A DNA stretch of 64,000 nt, taken from an uncultured Cellulophaga sp. GTDB taxonomy: Bacteria > Bacteroidota > Bacteroidia > Flavobacteriales > Flavobacteriaceae. The notes beneath the pieces were generated by a model, which saw only the letters and a list, made by a program, of their open reading frames with translations, did no database searches and was not told where the DNA came from. The DNA is taken from positions 220,109-284,108 of the forward strand of contig CANMEI010000003.1 of assembly GCA_947496695.1 (NCBI GenBank). Reading direction: 5' to 3'. Positions 51,509 through 60,272 of the stretch are shown one piece after another. Position numbers and translations under genes: made by a program. Position 1 is the stretch's first letter. The number at the start of each line of letters is the position of its first letter.

Positions 51509-52796
51509 GATAATTTTTTAATATGGTTTCATATAAATTTTTCCAAGAAATTTTATTTTCTTCTCCTAATAATTCATTTGAGAAAATTGTGATAAAACTT
51601 CCGTTTACTTTTTTAATTACTTGATATATAGATTTTACTTTAGCATCAGCTTCTTGTAAACTTTTATTTTTTAAAAAAGCGTAATCGTGAATTGCAAATG
51701 GATAAATTTTAATAGGATGTTGTACCTCTAAATTTATGTCATAAAAATAAAATGGCGTACAAGTACTCGCTCTAAAACCAATTTCATGGGTATAACCCAT
51801 TGTAAAGTCCTTCGTAAACTCAGTTTCAACTAAATTTCTGTAGGTCGTAGGTATATCAATTCTATTGTATCGTAGACGCGAATAATTAACAGGTCTATTT
51901 ATTACCGCACTTAAATTTTTCTTTTCTTTTTTTAAAATCTCTTTGTTATGAAACGAACTGTATGATGCACATAGAGCAACTGTACTATAGTCAGAAACCG
52001 ATTTTATTAAAAATTTAAAATTATTATTATTTACAGATACGTTTTTATCATAAGCAGAATACGTAGCAAATTGAAAAAAGAACATACTTTTTATTGTATA
52101 TTTTTTATGGAGATTGATAAGCCAAGTAAAATTATTATATGGGTCTTCTTTTGAATTAAACCATACAGAAACCCGTTCTCCTATTCGTTTTAACCTTAAA
52201 GAGGTTAAATCTAAAAATACACCTGCTATACTACGCGCTATACCTTTGTGTGCATAGCAATGAGATGTGGTTACATCAATAATAGAAGTGTATGAGTAAT
52301 TATTTTTATTAGAAATTAAATCAGGAAAACGTTCTTTTAATTTTTCTAATAATTTTTTTGCCCATAAATCAATAACTGGTAATTCAAGAAAATTATTTTG
52401 ATAAGCTATACTTTCAGAAGGTGGAAACCTACCATGAATATCTTTCACATGTGGCAAATATTCTTCATACCTACTCAACAAATAAAAACTTGCAGAAAAA
52501 ATATCAAAAGGAATAGCACTACGTTCACCTGCCGTAAAAAAACATGGAACACCTTCCCAATCTTGTATTTTTATTTGAATATCATTTATACCTTGCTCAA
52601 ACAACAAATCATTACTCCTAATAAAAAACTCATTTTGCAATGGTAGCTTTGTGTATGTAATTTTTGGTCCAGAATGCTTTATAAAATCTTCAACCTTAAC
52701 TGTATATTCCAACTCAATACCTAAAATACGATTAAATATCTGTTTCATAACAAAACTAAATCGTGGCGTTATTTTATGGGTGTAAATTAAGAGCAT
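51501..52796 (-). CDS. Conserved hypothetical protein (possibly polysaccharide-deacetylase-like)
   Basis: 431 aa with no signal peptide. The N-terminus MLLIYTHKITPRFSFVMKQIF resembles a Bacteroidota family I recall being annotated as deacetylase-like. The function is not supported by motifs I can verify. Confidence 0.5.
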   Translation of the reverse strand: MLLIYTHKITPRFSFVMKQIFNRILGIELEYTVKVEDFIKHSGPKITYTKLPLQNEFFIRSNDLLFEQGINDIQIKIQDWEGVPCFFTAGERSAIPFDIFSASFYLLSRYEEYLPHVKDIHGRFPPSESIAYQNNFLELPVIDLWAKKLLEKLKERFPDLISNKNNYSYTSIIDVTTSHCYAHKGIARSIAGVFLDLTSLRLKRIGERVSVWFNSKEDPYNNFTWLINLHKKYTIKSMFFFQFATYSAYDKNVSVNNNNFKFLIKSVSDYSTVALCASYSSFHNKEILKKEKKNLSAVINRPVNYSRLRYNRIDIPTTYRNLVETEFTKDFTMGYTHEIGFRASTCTPFYFYDINLEVQHPIKIYPFAIHDYAFLKNKSLQEADAKVKSIYQVIKKVNGSFITIFSNELLGEENKISWKNLYETILKNYHV

Positions 52797-52819
52797 ACTT
52801 GTTTTGTTATATTTAATTA

Positions 52820-53539
52820 CTACAACATATTGTCATCTGCAAAGCTAAAATAATCGTCTTTAGTAATTATCAAATGGTCTAAAACTTTTATATCTAAACC
52901 AACAGCTGCATTTTTTATCTTTTGAGTAATTTGTTTATCGGCTTCACTAGCTTTTAAAGTACCTGACGGATGATTGTGTGCTAAAATTATTGCCACAGCA
53001 CCAAGTTCAAGAGCCTCTTTCATTATTAAGCGTACATCAACCAAAGTGCCTGTAATACTACCTTTGCTTTGTTGAGAAACATGTAAAACCTTGTTTGAGT
53101 TATTCAAATACACTACCCAAAACTCTTCATGTGGTAATTCTCCTAAAATAGGTTGTAATAAATCAAAAACATGTTTACTGCTTGCAATTTTAGTGACTTT
53201 TTGAGCCTCTTCTCCCCTACGTCTTCTACCTATTTCTAAGGCCGCTACAATAGTTACTGCCTTTGCCTCACCAATACCTTTAAACTGCATTAGCTTTTGT
53301 ACAGATAAGGTACCAAGCTCGTTTAAATTATTATTTACCGATGCTAATATTCTTTTTGATAACTCAACCGCACTCTCATTTCTACTACCTGAACCTATTA
53401 AAATAGCAATAAGTTCGGCATCAGACAAAACAGATTTTCCTTTTTGAACTAACTTCTCTCTTGGCTTATCATCATCTGACCAGTTTTTTATAGAGAAAGA
53501 TGTAGGTTTATCTTGCATGTTGCTAAAGATAAGCAACAT
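52820..53539 (-). CDS. radC: RadC-family JAB-domain protein
   Basis: It has an HhH segment (FKGIGEAKAVTIVAALEIGRR) and a JAMM-like motif (HNHPSG). The start may be the ATG at 53518 (MQDKPTSF...) rather than 53539. Confidence 0.9.
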   Translation of the reverse strand: MLLIFSNMQDKPTSFSIKNWSDDDKPREKLVQKGKSVLSDAELIAILIGSGSRNESAVELSKRILASVNNNLNELGTLSVQKLMQFKGIGEAKAVTIVAALEIGRRRRGEEAQKVTKIASSKHVFDLLQPILGELPHEEFWVVYLNNSNKVLHVSQQSKGSITGTLVDVRLIMKEALELGAVAIILAHNHPSGTLKASEADKQITQKIKNAAVGLDIKVLDHLIITKDDYFSFADDNML

Positions 53540-53584
53540 TTAGTTTATCTAAAATCAAAGGTTAAATAAGTAGCTAATTTCATT

Positions 53585-53625
53585 CAACAAAAAAGGCCAA
53601 ACAAATAGTATTTGTTTGGCCTTTT
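53585..53625 (-). terminator. Intrinsic terminator downstream of the repeat-protein gene
   Basis: Perfect 17-bp palindrome aaaaggccaaacaaata-g-tatttgtttggcctttt (53591-53625), 17 nt after the stop at 53643. A U-rich tail follows on the minus strand. Confidence 0.8.
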
Positions 53626-53642
53626 TAAATAAGTTTAAAAAA

Positions 53643-54401
53643 TTATTGTTTAGATAATTTTGAAACTTTTTCTATTTTTTTAGAAGAGCTACTTACTTTT
53701 TCTCTTCCTTTATTAATTGAAGTTTCTAAGCTATTTAACTTAGTTTCTGCCTTTGATATTGCTTCTTGTTTTTTAGCTAATTCTTCACTAGAAATACTTT
53801 TATCAGCTTTTTGCTTTTCGTATTTAGCTTTTGCAACAGCTAATTTTTCTCTACCACTAGTTAAAACTTTTTGACTGCTTTCTAATTTTTGTGAAGAAGA
53901 AGTTACTTTTTCTTGTGCAGCCTGAGATCTATATTGTCCAAATTCTTTTGCAGACATATCACCTTTATCGCTGTAAGACTTAACAGTAGTTTTCTTAGCT
54001 GCAACTGCATTAGTCGCATTGCTTTTCATATCATTTTTAGTAGACATTGCATTATTTTTAGCATCTACTCCTTTTGATTTAAGATCTTCACCTTTAGCTT
54101 TTGCATCATCAACCTTATTACCAGCTTGATTCTTTGCATCTACGGCTTTATCTTTTGCTTGATTTTTAGCATCTTGAGCTTTATTCTGTCCCTGATTTTT
54201 TACATCTTCGGCTTTTCCTTTTGCATTGTCTTTAGCATCATTTGCTTTAGATTTTGCATCATCTTTAGCTCCTTCAGCCTTTCCTTTTTGTACTTCTACC
54301 TTTTCTTTACCTTCTTGGTATTTGCTTTGTGCGCTAAGTGTACTTAATGTAAATACTACACACAAAAGAGATAATACTACTATATTTTTATTTATATTCA
54401 T
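53643..54401 (-). CDS. Secreted Lys/Ala/Asp-rich protein with 11-residue tandem repeats (LEA-3/apolipoprotein-like) and a C-terminal coiled-coil-like half
   Basis: 252 aa with signal ...LSTLSAQ. The repeats are AKDDAKSKAND / AKDNAKGKAED / VKNQGQNKAQD / AKNQAKDKAVD / AKNQAGNKVDD ... The C-terminal half is Ser/Lys/Glu-rich and helical in pattern. Confidence 0.7.
   Translation of the reverse strand: MNINKNIVVLSLLCVVFTLSTLSAQSKYQEGKEKVEVQKGKAEGAKDDAKSKANDAKDNAKGKAEDVKNQGQNKAQDAKNQAKDKAVDAKNQAGNKVDDAKAKGEDLKSKGVDAKNNAMSTKNDMKSNATNAVAAKKTTVKSYSDKGDMSAKEFGQYRSQAAQEKVTSSSQKLESSQKVLTSGREKLAVAKAKYEKQKADKSISSEELAKKQEAISKAETKLNSLETSINKGREKVSSSSKKIEKVSKLSKQ
54060..54290 (-). repeat. In-frame 33-bp tandem repeat array inside the repeat-protein CDS
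   Basis: The antisense pentamer gcatc/acatc recurs at 54103, 54136, 54169, 54202 and 54235, giving a period of 33 nt (11 codons). Confidence 0.8.
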
Positions 54402-54422
54402 CGCTTACCTTAATTTAAAAAA

Positions 54423-54638
54423 TTAAATACTATCTAATGCTTTTAAAGCATCTTCAACTTCTTCAGTTTTTTGATCCACTTCTTCAACAGTTTCCTCTAG
54501 TTCAGTTTCAACTGTGTTTAAGCTATCAATTTGAGCTTCGATAACTTGCTCTTCTTTTACTTTTTCTGCATCTGTATCTTTACAAGCTGCAAATGCTGTA
54601 ATGAAAGCGGCTACTAAAATAACTTTAATTGTTTTCAT
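54423..54638 (-). CDS. Small highly acidic lipoprotein
   Basis: 71 aa with lipobox ITAFAAC. The mature part is Glu/Asp-rich and helical (EELEETVEEVDQKTEEVEDALKALD). It lies 21 nt upstream of the repeat-protein gene. Confidence 0.6.
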   Translation of the reverse strand: MKTIKVILVAAFITAFAACKDTDAEKVKEEQVIEAQIDSLNTVETELEETVEEVDQKTEEVEDALKALDSI

Positions 54639-54685
54639 GTATTTAATATTTAGATGTTTTGCAAGGTCTAATTAAATTCGTTACA

Positions 54686-56059
54686 CTACAAGCTTGAAGG
54701 TCCTTTTTCGATGAATGCCTTTAACTCATTCAAATCTAAACCACCATAATTACCAGAACTCATTAATAAAACTACAGCATTATCAAAATCTTGGTTATAT
54801 AAAAAATCTTTAAAGGCAGTAGGCTCTGTCATTATTTTTAAATCATCACGTTTAAAAGCAACTTCAATTTGCGAAGCTGATACTGGTGCTAATTTTTTTA
54901 TTGCAACAGACTCTGGTGTATAAAAAACAATAGGCATATCTGCAGCATCTAATGCACCTTTATATTCTTTTAAAAATTCTGGATTAAAACTGCTGTACGT
55001 ATGCAATTCTAAACAGGCTATTAATTTACGATCAGGAAACTGTTCTTTTACTGCTTTTGTAGTGGCGGCAACTTTACTAGGGCTATGTGCAAAATCTTTA
55101 TAAGCAACACAAGTACTACTTTCTGCGATTTTCTCTAAACGCTTTGACGCACCTTTAAAGGTTGCAATAGCCTCATAAAAATCATCTTCGTCAACACCCA
55201 TATTTTGGCAAATCCATTTTGCACCCGATAGATTGCTTAAGTTATGCTTCCCAAAAATTTCAATAGGCATTGCCCCTTCAGAGGTTTCTAATAAGGTTTC
55301 GCCATTTTTAACAGTATATTCAGGTGTTGTGTATGGTAATTTTCGAATAGGATTTTCTGATGCTTCTACTACTTTGCGAACATTCTCGTCTTCTTCATTA
55401 TAAGTGATACTCCCACCTTTAACTATGCTATCAACAAATATTTGAAACTGTTCTATATAATTATCAAAAGTTGGAAATACATTTATATGATCCCAAGCAA
55501 TACCACTTAGCAAAGCTATATTGGGTTTGTATAAATGAAATTTAGGTCGTCTGTCAATTGGAGATGATAAATACTCATCACCTTCTAAAACTATAAAATC
55601 ATTCTCTTCTGTTAAATGCACCATACGGTCAAAACCATCTAACTGCGCACCCACCATATAATCTACCTCACGGTCGTGGTAGTTAAGCACATGCAAAATC
55701 ATTGATGTAATGGTTGTTTTACCATGGCTACCTCCAATAACTACACGTGTCTTGTTTTTAGATTGTTCGTACAAAAACTCAGGATACGAGTATATTGGCA
55801 ATCCTAATTCTTGTGCTTTTAATAGTTCAGGGTTATCAGCCTTTGCGTGCATACCCAAAATAACAGCATCTAAATTTGTTGTGATTTTATCAGGGAACCA
55901 ACCAAAAGTTTCAGGTAAAAGACCTTGATTTGCTAAACGTGTTTTTGAAGGTTCAAAAATAACATCATCACTACCCGTTATTTTGTATCCTTTATGATTT
56001 AATGCCAAAGCAAGGTTATGCATTGCGCTTCCGCCGATGGCAATAAAATGTATGTTCAT
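54686..56059 (-). CDS. mpl: UDP-N-acetylmuramate:L-alanyl-gamma-D-glutamyl-meso-diaminopimelate ligase (murein peptide ligase)
   Basis: 457 aa with N-terminal MNIHFIAIGGSAMHNLALAL..KGY.ITGSD typical of Mpl and the Mur ligase P-loop GSHGKTT. Confidence 0.9.
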   Translation of the reverse strand: MNIHFIAIGGSAMHNLALALNHKGYKITGSDDVIFEPSKTRLANQGLLPETFGWFPDKITTNLDAVILGMHAKADNPELLKAQELGLPIYSYPEFLYEQSKNKTRVVIGGSHGKTTITSMILHVLNYHDREVDYMVGAQLDGFDRMVHLTEENDFIVLEGDEYLSSPIDRRPKFHLYKPNIALLSGIAWDHINVFPTFDNYIEQFQIFVDSIVKGGSITYNEEDENVRKVVEASENPIRKLPYTTPEYTVKNGETLLETSEGAMPIEIFGKHNLSNLSGAKWICQNMGVDEDDFYEAIATFKGASKRLEKIAESSTCVAYKDFAHSPSKVAATTKAVKEQFPDRKLIACLELHTYSSFNPEFLKEYKGALDAADMPIVFYTPESVAIKKLAPVSASQIEVAFKRDDLKIMTEPTAFKDFLYNQDFDNAVVLLMSSGNYGGLDLNELKAFIEKGPSSL

Positions 56060-56228
56060 GGAAAATGTATTATGCGGTAAAGATAGTAATTGAAATAACT
56101 ATTTTCAAAAATGATACTAGTTGATTAAGTATTAGAATTTTAAAACTAAAACAAGTAACTTTTTTATGGTATATACCTAAAGGCATTAGATATATATTTA
56201 TGAGTTTTGTATCATCAAAAAAATAAAG

Positions 56229-57030
56229 ATGTCCCTATCCGAATTTTCTAAAGAATTTAACGTAGTACATATCCAAGTTCGAAAAGAAAAAACAGGTATA
56301 AAAAAGATAATAAACTATTGGCTAGATACAATTTCAAATTCAAATCATTCTGAAAATGATAAGACGAAAAAAGAAAAAGAACTGATTGATTTAGGAGCTT
56401 TTTTACATTTTTATGATAATAAAATTGAAATCTTAGATGGAAATCGAGAGTGCCCTGATTTCATTTTAAAAACTGGTAAAAGAAAAATCGGTATTGAATT
56501 AACTGATCTGATTATTGACAAATATGCAAAAAAAACAGAAGGCACGATTCATAAAATTTTTAGTAAAGTTCTTAACCGTATAAATCTGCTTGAAATAGAT
56601 TATAGAGGTTTCTATGGTGTTAAATTCAAAAATAACATAACGTTTAGAAGTAATTCCGATCAAATAGTTCAAGAAATTATAAATATTATAACTAAGAAGT
56701 CAAACGAATCTGAATTTATTAAATTCATTAATAGAAGACCACATTCAAAATTTGTTTTACATAATATTCAAGGTGGAGCTTTTGGAATATTAGAAAAAAA
56801 AACTTGTAGATTCTATTATTAAAAAAAAGGAAAATAAAATTACAAGATATAAAAACGAGTCTGAAATTGATGAACTATGGCATTTAATAGTAATTGGAGG
56901 CTCAAAGAATTCTGACGATTATGACTATATATCTGATGATATTAAAACTGGAATTTTTAAATCTAATTTTGATAAAATCTTTCTATTTGACTTTTTTAAG
57001 AAAGAAATCATCGAGTTATCGATAAAATAA
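56229..57030 (+). pseudogene. Orphan ORF interrupted by a +1 frameshift in an A9 homopolymer (repaired product ~266 aa; PD-(D/E)xK-like motif)
   Basis: Frame 0 is open 56229-56822. The +1 frame is open 56803-57030. The junction is A9 at 56794-56802, and deleting one A fuses the two. Motif: ECPDF...GIELTD. Confidence 0.5.
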
Positions 57031-57301
57031 CGATTCACAACATTATATATGAAATTAGAGCAGATTAATCGATTGAGTCTAGTGTATTTTCCTTGCTCCT
57101 ATTCATATACTTAAAGTTATGTACAAGCTGAAAAACTAGAATATTTTACAAAAAGTTTAACTTCTTCTACTCTAATACAGGCTACATTTAATTGCTGAGA
57201 TTTCGTAGTTTTATAAAATTAAATTGAAATACGAATTCTTTTTCTCTTCGCAATGTACCCACTACATATTGCGGTATTACAAATAACAAAATATACATAC
57301 A

Positions 57302-58318
57302 ATGAACACTAAAATTATCGTACTATTAATACTATTAGTAAGTATAAGTTGTGCTGAAAAAAAATCAAAAAAAGCAGAGAACAATACAGCTGAAACTTCT
57401 GAAGCTATAAGTTATAAAGGTACTGCTAGCGTTACTCAAGGAATCGCAAAAACAATTACTGAAGATATTTACAGCTGTGAACGTGGCAGAAAAACTGATG
57501 TAGGTGAGATAACCTCTACAGATGGTAAAAAATGGATTGTTCCTGCTAAAACAAATTATACGGATGCTGATTTTCCGTTTGCAACAGATTTATTCAATTC
57601 ATGCGAAGGAAAAAACTATGCAACACCAGAAGAAGCCTTATCAAATTTTGATGATGCTAATAGGGTAAATATTGATGAAGACGGAGAAGTTTTCACAGCT
57701 TATATTTTTGCAGATAATTATTTTGAAATGTATGTAAACGGAATTCCTGTTGGGAAAGACAAAGTCCCTTTTACAGAATTTAATTCTAGTGTAGTGAAAT
57801 TCAAAGCACAAAAACCTTTCACCATTGCCATGAAATTAGTTGATTGGGAAGAACATCTTGGCGTGGGGTGCGAAGAAAACCGAGGTAAACCTTACCATGC
57901 AGGAGATGGCGGTATGGTTGCTATTGTAAAAGATGACGCGAATAATGTTGTTGCTATAACAGATGAAAATTGGAAGGCTCAAACCTATTACACCGCTCCA
58001 ATAACCGATTTAAGTTGTGTGTCAGAAGATGGTGTGTACCGATATTCTGAAAATTGTGACACCAATGGCGGACAAGACGGTACATCTTTTTACGCACTGC
58101 ATTGGGAACTACCTAATAATTGGATGCAAACAAATTTTGATGCTAGCAATTGGCCTAGTGCAACAACATATACTAATAAAACTATAGGTGTAGACAACAA
58201 ACCTGCGTATACCAATTTCACTGCTCTTTTTGATGATTCGGCACATGATGCAAAATTTATTTGGTCAACCAACATCATTTTAGATAATGAAGTTCTGGTT
58301 CGATATACAGTAGAATAA
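57302..58318 (+). CDS. Cys-containing lipoprotein of unknown function
   Basis: 338 aa with lipobox LLVSISC and no recognisable catalytic motif. It is the first of three tightly spaced exported-protein genes. Confidence 0.65.
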   Translation: MNTKIIVLLILLVSISCAEKKSKKAENNTAETSEAISYKGTASVTQGIAKTITEDIYSCERGRKTDVGEITSTDGKKWIVPAKTNYTDADFPFATDLFNSCEGKNYATPEEALSNFDDANRVNIDEDGEVFTAYIFADNYFEMYVNGIPVGKDKVPFTEFNSSVVKFKAQKPFTIAMKLVDWEEHLGVGCEENRGKPYHAGDGGMVAIVKDDANNVVAITDENWKAQTYYTAPITDLSCVSEDGVYRYSENCDTNGGQDGTSFYALHWELPNNWMQTNFDASNWPSATTYTNKTIGVDNKPAYTNFTALFDDSAHDAKFIWSTNIILDNEVLVRYTVE

Positions 58319-58357
58319 TTGCCTAATTATTTAATAACAAACGATAATAATCACAAA

Positions 58358-58963
58358 ATGAAGAATATTTTAGTAGGTATTATAATCACGTTAATTTTAT
58401 TTTTAGGTAATTCTTGCAATACTAAAAAAGAAGCTACTTTTTATAATTATGATGATTTTGAAACCATTAACACTGATTTCAAATTAGAGAGTAAAGCTGT
58501 TGTTAACGGAAAATTATTAGACGATTTTAAATGTGAAAAGAAAATAAACGATGTAGAAAATTCTATTCCACTATCATGGTCTAATGTTCCAGAGGGCACA
58601 AATTCTTTAGCTATAGTAATGTATCACTACCCTAAAAAAGATGATAAAACGGAAATAAATTCATATTTACTTTTATGGGATATAAACCCATCAGTTTCTG
58701 AAATTCCATATAAAATGGCAAACAACCCAAATTGGTTTATGGGGTCTAATAAAGATGGAACAGCCGTATCATATACCTCACCTTGTTCTCACGGACCAGG
58801 AGAACATAAATATACTATTGCGCTATTTGCCCTATCAGAAACTCCAAAATCACTTCCTAAATCTAATTCTGTTGATGTTGATTTAGAAACATTAATGAAT
58901 GCTATATCTGAAGTTACAGTAATTGACAGAACAACTTTAACCTTTACCGATTCTAATAAATAA
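58358..58963 (+). CDS. PEBP/YbhB-family (Raf-kinase-inhibitor-like) lipoprotein
   Basis: Lipobox LFLGNSC, with PEBP blocks SIPLSWSNVPEGTNSLAIVMYH...LLWDI and GPGEHKYTIALFAL. I prefer the ATG at 58358 to the TTG at 58319 used by the track. Confidence 0.8.
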   Translation: MKNILVGIIITLILFLGNSCNTKKEATFYNYDDFETINTDFKLESKAVVNGKLLDDFKCEKKINDVENSIPLSWSNVPEGTNSLAIVMYHYPKKDDKTEINSYLLLWDINPSVSEIPYKMANNPNWFMGSNKDGTAVSYTSPCSHGPGEHKYTIALFALSETPKSLPKSNSVDVDLETLMNAISEVTVIDRTTLTFTDSNK

Positions 58964-58970
58964 CATACAA

Positions 58971-60272
58971 ATGAAAAAGCTGATTTTATTACTTGCGCTA
59001 TTTCTATTTACATTTCAAACTTTTGCCCATGTAGGCGGTCATGGTACGCCCAGTAAATCTTGGAATTTATTAAATAGTAAAAAAACTATACAGGCAGATT
59101 TTTTAGAAAAAGAAGCTGATCTTGTTTATTTAATTGATGAAAATAATCAAGTTTTAGAATTCAAGATCAATGATTTTACAACTAATGATCAAAATTATAT
59201 TTTAGAAAAAGCCAATTGGATAAGCCTAAAAAACACGCCTCAAGAAACAGGAAATAGATTTTTAATTAACGATATAAATGTATTTTTATTTGTAGGCTTA
59301 GCACTGTTCCTATTCTCCATTTTCACCATAAAGAGACTACCAAAAATAAATTTTATCGCATACAGCACATTAGGTATGATTGCCTTACTAATTGGTTGCA
59401 AAAACAATTCTGGAATTGAAAAATTAAAAATGGCTACGAATAACATTTCAGTATTAAAATCTGTCTTTGGAGTTTTTGATAAAGTAACTACAAGACATGA
59501 CGATACGTATTTTTATATAGAATCTGATGGTATCCCAGAACATGAAATGATGACGGGCATTACTAATTGGCAACAACAAGTACCTATTAATCATGATTAT
59601 TCTGGTGACAATGCGTGGGCTATTCCTTTACAACCCGAATTAGCGACAACATCACTTTCAACAAAAGATAATTTTATGAAAGGTGCCATTGCTATTGCAG
59701 CTAATGGAATTCCTATTTTCAACCCCTTAAACAACCGTGGTGAAGATGCTAATATTATTGGGGAATTAGACAAATGGGGCGGACACTGTGGTAGGGCTGA
59801 TGATTACCATTACCATTTACCACCTACACATTTACAAACCAAAGTAGGCGCTAACAAACCCATTGCTTATGCATTAGATGGTTTTCCTGTTTACGGAGAA
59901 ACTAAAGCAGAACTTGATGAAAATTTAGGACGTTTTACTTCCGATAGTACGTATCAATACCATGCCGTAAAAGAATACCCTTATTTAATTACCGCAATGA
60001 AGGGTAATGTAAAAATTAACCCAAGAACACAAGCACCTGAAAATGAAATTATGCCACAAGCAAAAACCAAAGGTATACGGCCAGACTTAAGACCTTTACG
60101 AGGTGCTGTAATTACCAATTTTGAAAACACAGAACCACAACAATACAGTTTAACTTACACCTTAGATTCTTTAGTTCATGTTATAAATTATGGTTGGAAG
60201 AATGGAAATTACAGCTATGAATTTATAAACCCAGATGGAACAAGCAAAAAAGCCAATTACCAAAGAAAATAA
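58971..60272 (+). CDS. YHYH-domain protein with N-terminal signal peptide, SHD1-like module and internal TM/lipobox segment
   Basis: 433 aa containing GHCGRADDYHYHLPP (YHYH motif). Residues ~27-80, KSWNLL...IQADFLEKEADLVYLIDENNQVLEFKINDFTTNDQNYI, resemble SHD1. Hydrophobic segments are VFLFVGLALFLFSIFTI and GMIALLIGC. Confidence 0.75.
   Translation: MKKLILLLALFLFTFQTFAHVGGHGTPSKSWNLLNSKKTIQADFLEKEADLVYLIDENNQVLEFKINDFTTNDQNYILEKANWISLKNTPQETGNRFLINDINVFLFVGLALFLFSIFTIKRLPKINFIAYSTLGMIALLIGCKNNSGIEKLKMATNNISVLKSVFGVFDKVTTRHDDTYFYIESDGIPEHEMMTGITNWQQQVPINHDYSGDNAWAIPLQPELATTSLSTKDNFMKGAIAIAANGIPIFNPLNNRGEDANIIGELDKWGGHCGRADDYHYHLPPTHLQTKVGANKPIAYALDGFPVYGETKAELDENLGRFTSDSTYQYHAVKEYPYLITAMKGNVKINPRTQAPENEIMPQAKTKGIRPDLRPLRGAVITNFENTEPQQYSLTYTLDSLVHVINYGWKNGNYSYEFINPDGTSKKANYQRK

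Noticed and set aside
54126-54426. Two + strand ORFs (54126-54347, 54226-54426) and a possible CRISPR-like periodicity over the 33-bp repeats
   Set aside because: The 33-bp period is an in-frame coding repeat (11 codons) of the minus-strand secreted protein. The units are contiguous and degenerate, with no unique spacers and no cas genes. The antisense ORFs exist only because the repeat lacks stop codons in those frames.
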